The notes under the pieces are model-generated. The model made no database searches and was not told the origin of the DNA. It saw only the letters and a list, made by a program, of their open reading frames with translations. Made by a program: the position numbers and the translations under genes. This document shows, piece after piece, positions 55,201 through 64,000 of a DNA stretch of 64,000 nucleotides. Each line of letters starts with the position of its first letter. Within the stretch, counting starts at the first letter, position 1. Source of the stretch: Eledone cirrhosa. Lineage: Eukaryota. The stretch spans positions 4,836,001 to 4,900,000 of the forward strand of contig OZ024740.1 in NCBI GenBank assembly GCA_964016885.1, written 5' to 3'.

Positions 55201-58200
55201 TAGATTCACTACCGAGCTGGGAGGTCAGTCACTCCAGGTAGAGTCACTACATAGCTGGGAGGTCAGTCACTCCAGGTAGAGCCACTGCATAGCTGGGAGG
55301 TCAGTCACTCCAGGTAGAGTCACTACATAGCTGGGAGGTCAGTCACTCCAGGTAGAGCCACTACATAGCTGGGAGGTCAGTCACTCCAGGTAGAGTCATT
55401 ACATAGCTGGGAGTTCAGTCACTCCAGGTAGAGTCACTACATAACTGGGAGGTCAGTTACTCCAGGTAGAGTCACTACATAGCTGGGAGGTCAGTCACTC
55501 CAGGTAGAGCCACTAAATATCTGGGAGGTCAGTCACTCCAGGTAGAGCCAATGCATAGATGGGAGGTCAGTCACTCCAGGTAGAGCCACTACATAGCTGG
55601 GAGGTCAGTCACTCCAGGTAGAGTCATTAGATAGCTGGGAGATCAGTCACTCCAGGTAGAGCCACTACATAGCTGGGAGGTCAGTCACTCCAGGTAGAGC
55701 CAATGCATAGATGGGAGGTCAGTCACTCCAGGTAGAGTCACTACATAGCTGGGAGGTCAGAGGGTCACTCCAGGTAGAGTCACTGCATAGCTGGGAGGTC
55801 AGAGGGTCACTCCAGGTAGAGTCACTGCATAGCTGGGAGGTCAGTCACTCCAGGTAGAGCCACTACATAGCTGGGAGGTCAGTCATTCCAGGTAGAGTCA
55901 CTACATAGCTGGGAGGTCAGAGGGTCACTCCAGGTAGAGTCACTGCATAGCTGGGAGGTCAGTCACTCCAGGTAGAGCCACTACATAGCTGGGAGGTCAG
56001 TCATTCCAGGTAGAGTCACTACATAGCTGGGAGGTCAGTCACTCCAGGTAGAGTCACTACATAGCTGGGAGGTCAGAGGGATACTCCAGGTAGAGCCACT
56101 ACATAGCTGGGAGGTCAGTCACTCCAGGTAGAGCCAATGCATAGATGGGAGGTCAGTCACTCCAGGTAGTGCCACTACAGAGCTGGGAGGTCAGTCACTC
56201 CAGGTAGAGTCACTACATAGCAGAGAGGTCAGTCACTCCAGGTAGAGTCACTACATAGCTGGGAGGTCAGTCACTCCAGGTAGAGTCACTACATAGCTGG
56301 GTGGTCAGTCACTCCAGGTAGAGCCACTACAGAGCTGGGAGGTCAGTCACTCCAGGTAGAGCCACTACATAGCTGGGAGGTCAGTCACTACATAGCTGGG
56401 AGGTCAGTCACTCCAGGTAGAGCCACTACAGAGCTGGGAGGTCAGTCAGTCCAGGTAGAGCCACTACATAGCTGGGAGGTCAGTCACTCCAGGTAGAGCC
56501 ACTACATAGCTGGGAGGTCAGTCACTCCACGTAGAGTCACTACATAACTGGGGGTCAGTCACTCCAGGTAGAGTCACTACAGAGCTGGGAGGTCAGTCAC
56601 CACTCCAGGTAGAGTCACTACATAGCTGGGAGGTCAGTCACTCCAGGTATAGCCACTACATAGCTGGGAGGTCAGTCACTCCAGGTAGAGTCACTACATA
56701 GCTGGGAGGTCAGTCACTCCAGGTAGAGTCACTACATAGCTGGGAGGTCAGTCACTCCAGGTAGAGCCACTACATAGCTGGGAGGTCAGTCACTCCAGGT
56801 AGAGTCACTACATAGCTGGGAGGTCAGTCACTCCAGGTAGAGTCACTACATAGCTGGGAGGTCAGTCACTCCAGGTAGATCCACTACATAGCTGCGAGGT
56901 CAGTCACTCCAGGTAGAGTCACTACAGAGCTGGGAGGTCAGTCACTCCAGGTAGAGTCACTACATAGCTGGGAGGTCAGTCACTCCAGGTAGAGCCACTA
57001 CATAGCTGGGAGGTCAGTCACTCCAGGTAGAGTCACTACATAGCTGGGAGGTCAGTCACTCCAGGTAGAGCCACTACATAGCTGGGAGGTCAGTCACTCC
57101 AGGTAGAGTCACTACATAGCTGGGAGGTCAGTCACTCCAGGTAGAGCCACTACATAGCTGGGAGATCAGTCACTCCAGGTAGAGCCACTGCATAGCCCGG
57201 ACGTCAGTCACTCCAGGTAGAGTCACTGCATAGCTGGGAGGTCAGTCACTCCAGGTAGATTCACTACATAGCTGTGAGGTCAGTCACTCCAGGTAGAGCC
57301 ACTGCATAGCTGTGAGGTCAGAGAGTCACTCCAGGTAGAACCACTACATATCTAGGAGGTCAGTCACTCCAGGTAGATTCACTACATAGCTGGGAGGTCA
57401 GTCACTCCAGGTAGAGCCACTACATAGCTGGGAGGTCAGTCACTCCAGGTAGAGTCACTACATAGCTGGGGGTCAGTCACTCCAGGTGGAGCCACTACAT
57501 TGCTCGGAGGTCAGTCACTCCAGGTAGATTCACTACAGAGCTGGGAGGTCAGTCACTCCAGGTAGAGTCACTACATAGCTGGGAGGTCAGTCACTCCAGG
57601 TAGAGCCACTGCATAGCTGGGAGGTCAGTCACTCCAGGTAGAGTCACTACATAGCTGGGAGGTCAGTCACTCCAGGTAGAGCCACTACATAGCTGGGAGG
57701 TCAGTCACTCCAGGTAGAGTCATTACATAGCTGGGAGTTCAGTCACTCCAGGTAGAGTCACTACATAACTGGGAGGTCAGTTACTCCAGGTAGAGTCACT
57801 ACATAGCTGGGAGGTCAGTCACTCCAGGTAGAGCCACTAAATATCTGGGAGGTCAGTCACTCCAGGTAGAGCCAATGCATAGATGGGAGGTCAGTCACTC
57901 CAGGTAGAGCCACTACATAGCTGGGAGGTCAGTCACTCCAGGTAGAGTCATTACATAGCTGGGAGATCAGTCACTCCAGGTAGAGCCACTACATAGCTGT
58001 GAGGTCAGTCACTCCAGGTAGAGCCAATGCATAGATGGGAGGTCAGTCACTCCAGGTAGAGTCACTACATAGCTGGGAGGTCAGAGGGTCACTCCAGGTA
58101 GAGTCACTGCATAGCTGGGAGGTCAGAGGGTCACTCCAGGTAGAGTCACTGCATAGCTGGGAGGTCAGTCACTCCAGGTAGAGCCACTACATAGCTGGGA

Positions 58201-60757
58201 GGTCAGTCATTCCAGGTAGAGTCACTACATAGCTGGGAGGTCAGAGGGTCACTCCAGGTAGAGTCACTGCATAGCTGGGAGGTCAGTCACTCCAGGTAGA
58301 GCCACTACATAGCTGGGAGGTCAGTCATTCCAGGTAGAGTCACTACATAGCTGGGAGGTCAGTCACTCCAGGTAGAGTCACTACATAGCTGGGAGGTCAG
58401 AGGGATACTCCAGGTAGAGCCACTACATAGCTGGGAGGTCAGAGGGTCACTCCAGGTAGAGTCACTGCATAGCTGGGAGGTCAGTCACTCCAGGTAGAGC
58501 CACTACATAGCTGGGAGGTCAGAGGGTCACTCCAGGTAGAGTCACTGCATAGCTGGGAGGTCAGTCACTCCAGGTAGAGCCACTACATAGCTGGGAGGTC
58601 AGTCACTCCAGGTAGAGTCACTACATAGCTGGGAGTTCAGTCACTCCAGGTAGAGTCACTACATAGCTGGGAGGTCAGAGGGTCACTCCAGGTAGAGCCA
58701 CTACATAGCTGGGAGGTCAGTCATTCCAGGTAGAGCCACTACATAGCTGGGAGGTCAGTCACTCCAGGTAGAGTCACTACATAGCTGGGAGGTCAGTCAC
58801 TCCAGGTAGAGTCACTACATAGCTGGGAGATCAGTCACTCCAGGTAGAGTCACTACATAACTGGGTGGTCAGTCACTCAAGGTAGAGCCACTGCATAGCT
58901 GGGAGATCAGTCACTCCAGGTAGATTCACTACATAACTGGGTGGTCAGTCACTCAAGGTAGAGCCACTGCATAGCTGGGAGGTCAGCCACTCCAGGTAGA
59001 GTCACTGCATAGCTGGGAGTTCAGTCACTCCAGGTAGAGTCACTGCATAGCTGGGAGGTCAGTCATTCCAGGTAGAGCCACTGCATAGCTGGGAGGTCAG
59101 TCACTCCAGGTAGAGCCACTACTATAGCTGGGAGGTCAGTCACTCAAGGTAGAGCCACTACATAGCTGGGAGGTCAGCCACTCCAGGTAGATTCACTACA
59201 GAGCTGGGAGGTCAGTCACTCCAGGTAGAGCCACTACAGAGCTGGGAGGTCAGTCACTCCAGGTAGAGTGACTACATAGCTGAGAGGTCAGTCACTCCAG
59301 GTAGAGTCACTACATAGCTGGGAGGTCAGTCACTCCAGGTAGAGCCACTGCATAGCTGGGAGGTCAGTCACTCCAGGTAGAGCCACTACAGAGCTGGGAG
59401 GTCAGTCACTCCAGGTAGAGTCACTACATAGCTGGGAGGTCAGTCACTCCAGGTAGAATCACTACATAGCTGAGAGGTCAGTCACTCCAGGTAGAGTCAC
59501 TACATAGCTGGGAGGTCAGTCACTCCAGGTAGAGTCACTACATAGCTGAGAGGTCAGTCACTCCAGGTAGAGTCACTACATAGCTGGGAGGTCAGTCACT
59601 CCAGGTAGAGTCACTACATAGCTGAGAGGTCAGTCACTCCAGGTAGAGTCACTACATAGCTGGGAGGTCAGTCACTCCAGGTAGAATCACTACATAGCTG
59701 AGAGGTCAGTCACTCCAGGTAGAGTCACTACATAGCTGGGAGGTCAGTCACTCCAGGTAGAGTCACTACATAGCTGAGAGGTCAGTCACTCCAGGTAGAG
59801 TCACTACATAGCTGGGAGGTCAGTCACTCCAGGTAGAGTCACTACATAGCTGATAGGTCAGTCACTCCAGGTAGAGTCACTACATAGCTGAGAGGTCAGT
59901 CACTCCAGGTAGAGTCACTACATAGCTGGGAGTTCAGTCACTCCAGGTAGAGTCACTACATAGCTGGGAGGTCAGTCACTCCAGGTAGAGCCACTACATA
60001 GCTGGGAGGTCAGTCACTCCAGGTAGAGTCACTACATAGCTGGGAGGTCAGTCACTCCAGGTAGAGTCACTACATAGCTGAGAGGTCAGTCACTCCAGGT
60101 AGAGCCACTACATAGCTGGGAGGTCAGTCACTCCAGGTAGAGTCACTACATAGCTGGGAGGTCAGTCACTCCAGGTAGAGTCACTACATAGTTGGGAGGT
60201 CAGTCACTCCAGGTAGAGTCACTACAGAGCTGGGAGGTCAGTCACTCCAGGTAGAGTCACTACATAGCTGGGAGGTCAGTCACTCCAGGTAGAGCCACTA
60301 CATAGCTGGGAGGTCAGTCACTCCAGGTAGAGTCACTACATAGCTGAGAGGTCAGTCACTCCAGGTAGAGTCACTACATAGCTGGGAGGTCAGTCACTGC
60401 AGGCAGAGTCACTACAGAGCTGGGAGGTCAGTCACTCCAGGTAGAGTCACTACATAGCTGGGAGGTCAGTCACTCCAGGTAGAGCCACTACATAGCTGGG
60501 AGGTCAGTCACTCCAGGTAGAGTCACTACATAGCTGGGAGGTCAGTCACTCCAGGTAGAGTCACTACATAGCTGGGAGGTCAGTCACTCCAGGTAGAGTC
60601 ACTAGAGAGCTGGGAGGTCAGTCACTCCAGGTAGAGCCACTACATAGCTGGGAGGTCAGTCACTCCAGGTAAAGCCACTACATAGCTGGGAGGTCAGTCA
60701 CTCCAGGTAGAGTCACTACATAGCTGGGAGGTCAGTCACTCCAGGTGGAGCCACTAC
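31230..60757. repeat. 38-bp satellite array, ~29.5 kb, ~775 copies
   Basis: Consensus catagctgggaggtcagtcactccaggtagag(t/c)cact(a/g). 42-bp (+agag or +aggg) and 23-bp deletion variants are interspersed, with multi-kb internal duplications. Confidence 0.99.
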
Positions 60758-61008
60758 TTCTCTGGATTGAGGGACTACAGATATGAGCATATGGTTACAA
60801 TGTCTCAGGAAAGAATCACTGGGATGATTTTATGGGCAAAACCCACCGGGAGGAGACCCAGGGGTAGACTCCAAGCAAGATGGTTGGATAATATCCAAGA
60901 ACTCTTCTGGTCTCACCTGGGGATCCAGGTCAATTGGAGACAGTTGCTTTTGACAGGACCCACTGGAGGGAATATTTGAGGACTCTGCCCCCACAACTTT
61001 CTCAGTAT

Positions 61009-61011
<3 letters not shown>
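60742..61011 (+). pseudogene. RTE ORF2 C-terminal remnant (two frameshifts)
   Basis: Contains the GRRPRGRLQARWLD motif (supplied ORF 60767..60979) and the terminal DRTHWR...LPP* in another frame. Confidence 0.88.
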
Positions 61012-61039
<28 letters not shown>

Positions 61040-61134
61040 AAGAAGAAGAAGAAGAAGAAGAAGAAGAAGAAGAAGAAGAAGAAGAAGAAGAAGAAGAAGA
61101 AGAAGAAGAAGAAGAAGAAGAAGAAGAAGAAGAA
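61010..61134. repeat. (GAA)n microsatellite, ~41 units, at the RTE 3' end
   Basis: Pure aag/gaa run that starts within the RTE stop codon. Confidence 0.98.
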
Positions 61135-61182
61135 TTTGTTAATTCTAATGTCAATAGTGTCTTTATTAAAAGCTAAATCATT

Positions 61183-61662
61183 GTGAAATCTAACAGTATG
61201 ACCATCTTCCTGTTCCGCGGTGGCAAACTCCTCATCTGGGATGCCACTTGCAGTGACACTTTCTCCAGCCACAACCTGGTGCAGTCTGTGACTAACCCAG
61301 GTTCTGCTGCAACTCGGGCTGAGAAGCCAAACTCCTCAAATACCGGTCACTCTCCGACAGGTTTGCGGTCATGCCCTTGGCAGTGGTGTATCTGGTGTCC
61401 TCAGCTCTAGGACTACCTCCCTATTCACCACCATAGGCGTTGAGCTGGCCAGCCGCAGGTGAGTCTCACGAGTTGGAATGGCTTTTCCAGCACATCTCCC
61501 TTACCATCCTCCAGGGAAACACCTTCTCCATCCTGTCCGCCAGGGCTGTGGGGAGACCAGCACGTGGGACCCCATTTTCTCACCATACAGATTAATAGGC
61601 AAAGTTATAAACTATTGTAAATAAATAATTATTTCCATGAGACTATTAAAAAAACAAAAAAA
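61183..61662 (+). mobile_element. CRE-like non-LTR retrotransposon 3' fragment (restriction-like endonuclease domain), frameshifted
   Basis: Across frameshifts it reads MTIFLFRGGKLLIWDATCSDTFS...GSAATRAE / KLLKYRSLSDRFAVMPLAV / SGVL...SLFTTIG / ELEWLFQHISLTILQGNTFSIL. This matches the WDxTxxDT...AAxxAExxKxxKY...PxAxExxG...QRxSxxxQRGN pattern of CRE-type C-termini. An AT-rich end with aataaa and an A-rich run (61647-61662) follows. Confidence 0.75.
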
Positions 61663-61894
61663 CTAATGTAAAGACTTTAATTTTTTATGTGATGCAGTTG
61701 TACTGTAAATTTCAAGAATATCTTGCTAATGCGGTTCCATGTGGTACAGGACTTTAAAAGTTAAGTAAAGAAAATAAGTAAGTAAAGGGCAACATTTTTC
61801 GGAGTAGACATATGAAGGACATGTTGCAAGTGAGAGGTGTCAACTAACAATTGATAATTATTATAATTACAATAAAGATGGATTATTAATGATT

Positions 61895-62074
61895 AATTGT
61901 TTCTACTTTTTGGCACAAGGCCACCAATTACCCAGTGCATTACTGGTACTTTATTTTATCGACCCCGTAAGGATGAAAGGCAAAGTTAACCTCGGCGGGA
62001 TTTGAACTCAGATCGTAAAGGGACGTAACTATGCTGGAAAGCATGGCGTCCGACCCTCTACCGATACTGCCAAT
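61895..62074 (-). mobile_element. tRNA-derived SINE, near full-length
   Basis: Reverse complement reads attggcagtatcggtagag (A-box-like)...gagttcaaatccc (B-box-like)...gcctttcatccttacggggtcgataaaataaagtaccag...ggccttgtgccaaaaagtagaaacaatt. Confidence 0.88.
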
Positions 62075-62116
62075 TAATGAAAGTAAACAAGAAAGTGATT
62101 AAAATACACACAAATT

Positions 62117-62237
62117 TGTGTGTCTATATATATGTGTATATACACATGTATGTATATACATGTGTATACACATGTATATACATACATGTGTATATATATA
62201 TATATGTGTGTGTATACACATGTATGTATGTACATAA

Positions 62238-62283
<46 letters not shown>

Positions 62284-62365
62284 TTATGTAATATATACGC
62301 GTGTATATGTATGTACATATGTCTATATATATATAAAAGCAATATATATGTATATATGTGTATGA
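62117..62365. repeat. Mixed (TA)/(TG)/(CA) microsatellite
   Basis: Alternating purine-pyrimidine tract with a pure (TA)n core at 62239-62280. Confidence 0.95.
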
Positions 62366-62434
62366 GTAGACAACACAATATTCTCTGTGTGATAATATCA
62401 AGAAATTCTCCTCAAAACTTTTAGCAATAATACA

Positions 62435-62585
62435 ATACACAAAACTACACAAAACTACACAAAACTACACAAAACTACACAAAAACTACACAAAACTACA
62501 CAAAACTACACAAAACTACACAAAACTACACAAAACTACACAAACCTACACAAAACTACACAAACCTACACAAAACTACACAAAA
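62435..62585. repeat. 10-bp tandem repeat (tacacaaaac) x~15
   Basis: aaaactacac repeated with minor variants. Confidence 0.97.
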
Positions 62586-62719
62586 ACCAAAATAGAAACC
62601 CAAAAAAAAACATTTGAAAATATTGATCTCTACAAAAAACTATCAATAATTGTTAGAGTATGATAATATCATGACCTGTTGATTGACATTTCATAATTAT
62701 ATCATTACTGATGTCTTTG

Positions 62720-62721
<2 letters not shown>

Positions 62722-62789
<68 letters not shown>
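62722..62789. repeat. (AAC)n microsatellite
   Basis: About 22 pure aac units. Confidence 0.98.
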
Positions 62790-62790
<1 letters not shown>

Positions 62791-62851
62791 AATTATTAAT
62801 CATAAACTAAACCCAAAATATGTCCAAGAGAAAGGAAACAGCAAATTCCAT

Positions 62852-63375
62852 GTATGGAAGACACTAATTGTTGTGTCTATAAAAACAGTATTAGTATGGA
62901 AGACACTAATTGTTGTGTCTATAAAAACAGTATTAGTATGGAAGACACTAATTGTGGTGTCTATAGAAGCAGTATTAGTATGGAAGACACTAATTGTGGT
63001 GTCTATAGAAACAGTATTAGTATGGAAGACACTAATTGTGGTGTCTATAGAAACAGTATTAGTATGGAAGACACTAATTGTGGTGTCTATAGAAACAGTA
63101 TTAGTATGGAAGACACTAATTGTGGTGTCTATAGAAACAGTATTAGTATGGAAGACACTAATTGTGGTGTCCATAGAAACAGTATTAGTAAGGAAGACAC
63201 TAATTGTGGTGTCCATAGAAACAGTATTAGTATGGAAGACACTAATTGTGGTGTCCATAGTAGCAGTATTAGTATGGAAGACACTAATTGTGGTGTCCAT
63301 AGAAGCAGTATTAGTATGGAAGACACTAATTGTGGTGTCCATAGAAGCAGTATTAGTATGGAAGACACTAATTGT
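62852..63375. repeat. 42-bp minisatellite, ~12.5 copies
   Basis: Unit gtatggaagacactaattgtggtgtctatagaaacagtatta. Variants are arranged in a left-to-right gradient. Confidence 0.98.
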
Positions 63376-63484
63376 TTTATCCTTATTACAGTTGTAATTT
63401 TCCCATCTGTATTTGTCAAGCTTGGTTAGATAAATCCTCTCCATTACAGCATCTCTCCTCTTGTCCCTTCCACAAAGGCGGTGG

Positions 63485-63665
63485 ATTGGCAGTATTGGGA
63501 GAGAGTCGGACACCATGCTTTGAAGCATAGAGTTACGTCCCTTTATGATCTGAGTTCAAATCCCGGCATGGTTAACTTTGCCTTTCATCCATACGGGGTC
63601 GATAAAATAAAGTACCAGTAATACACTGGGTGGTTGCTGGCCTTGTGCCAAAAGTAGAAACAATT
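63485..63665 (+). mobile_element. tRNA-derived SINE, near full-length, inverted relative to 61895-62074
   Basis: attggcagtattgggagag...gagttcaaatccc...gcctttcatccatacggggtcgataaaataaagtaccag...ggccttgtgccaaaagtagaaacaatt. Roughly 90% identical by eye to the reverse complement of 61895-62074. Confidence 0.88.
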
Positions 63666-63701
63666 TATTTTGTGGAGTTCAATATCATGAGATCAGAGCT
63701 C

Positions 63702-64000
63702 CATCTACCTCCCTCTACCTCCCTCTACCTACCTATACTTCCCTCTCCTTCCTTCTATCTCCCTCTACCTCCCTCTACTTCCCTCTACTTCCTTCTCCCT
63801 CCCTCTACTTCCTTCTCCCTCCCTCTACCTCACTCTACCTCCCTCTACCTCCCTCTACTTCCTTCTCCCTCCTTCTACTTCCCTCTACCTCCCTCTACCT
63901 CCGTCTACCTCCCTCTACCTCCCTCTACCTCCCTCTACTTCCCTCTCCCTCCCCTACCTACCTCTCCCTCCCTCTACCTCCCTCTACCTCCCCCTACCTC
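63702..64000. repeat. Pyrimidine-rich 10-bp tandem repeat (ccctctacct)n, running off the window end
   Basis: ccctctacct, ccctctactt and ccttctccct units. Confidence 0.96.

Larger units (their letters stand above)
31201..61134 (+). mobile_element. RTE-clade LINE 3' fragment split by a 29.5-kb internal satellite expansion
   Basis: The left flank 31201-31221 reads FQRVFGV. The monomer reads HSWEV(RE)SLQVEPL. The right flank reads QVEPLLLWIE..., YEHMVTMSQERITGMILWAKPTGRRPRGRLQARWLDNIQELFWSHLGI and QLETVAFDRTHWREYLRTLPPQLSQY* (stop 61009-61011), followed by a (GAA)n tail. This is the order of motifs in the RTE/Expander-type ORF2 C-terminus (FLRRVxG...IREELxVEPLL...GH..RM...GRRPRGRP..RW). Confidence 0.85.

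Noticed and set aside
31230-60757. CRISPR-like appearance of a 38-bp repeat
   Set aside because: Units are head-to-tail with no unique spacers, there are no cas genes, and the context is eukaryotic. The same applies to the 40-, 41-, 42- and 44-bp arrays.
31230-60757. CAGGTAG (Drosophila Zelda/TAGteam site) in most monomers
   Set aside because: It is explained by the LINE codons Q-V-E (cag gta gag). Nothing indicates an insect genome.
60913-61272. 119-aa minus-strand ORF with poly-Phe
   Set aside because: It is the antisense reading of (GAA)n flanked by antisense retrotransposon fragments.
62074-62452. Tyr/Ile/Val/Cys-rich ORFs here, and similar low-complexity ORFs at 61-381 and 4618-4979
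   Set aside because: These are translations of dinucleotide or trinucleotide microsatellites.

Overview
Eukaryotic, gene-poor, repeat-dominated window with no intact protein-coding gene that I can support. The dispersed repeat families resemble, from memory only, those of octopus/coleoid cephalopod genomes. About 83% of the window is three giant tandem arrays: a C-rich 32-bp minisatellite (7056-26290, ~600 copies), a G-rich (GGT)n-derived cryptic array (26431-30447) and a 38-bp satellite (31230-60757, ~775 copies). The rest is microsatellites, short ~40-bp minisatellites and decayed transposons: a CR1/L2-type LINE with an RT deletion, RTE 3' ends, a CRE-like endonuclease fragment, tRNA-type SINEs, a Tc2-like MITE and a possible Helitron end. 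The main discovery is that the 29.5-kb satellite sits inside an RTE-clade LINE ORF2. Its monomer is a piece of that ORF, and a minority 42-bp variant still reads in frame (HSWEVRESLQVEPL). RTE-like coding sequence lies on both sides of the array and runs to a stop codon and a (GAA)n tail. Two smaller arrays also arose inside transposons, and most minisatellite units here are 38-44 bp. The long ORFs in the supplied track are repeat artefacts. I found no CRISPR or prokaryotic-type system.
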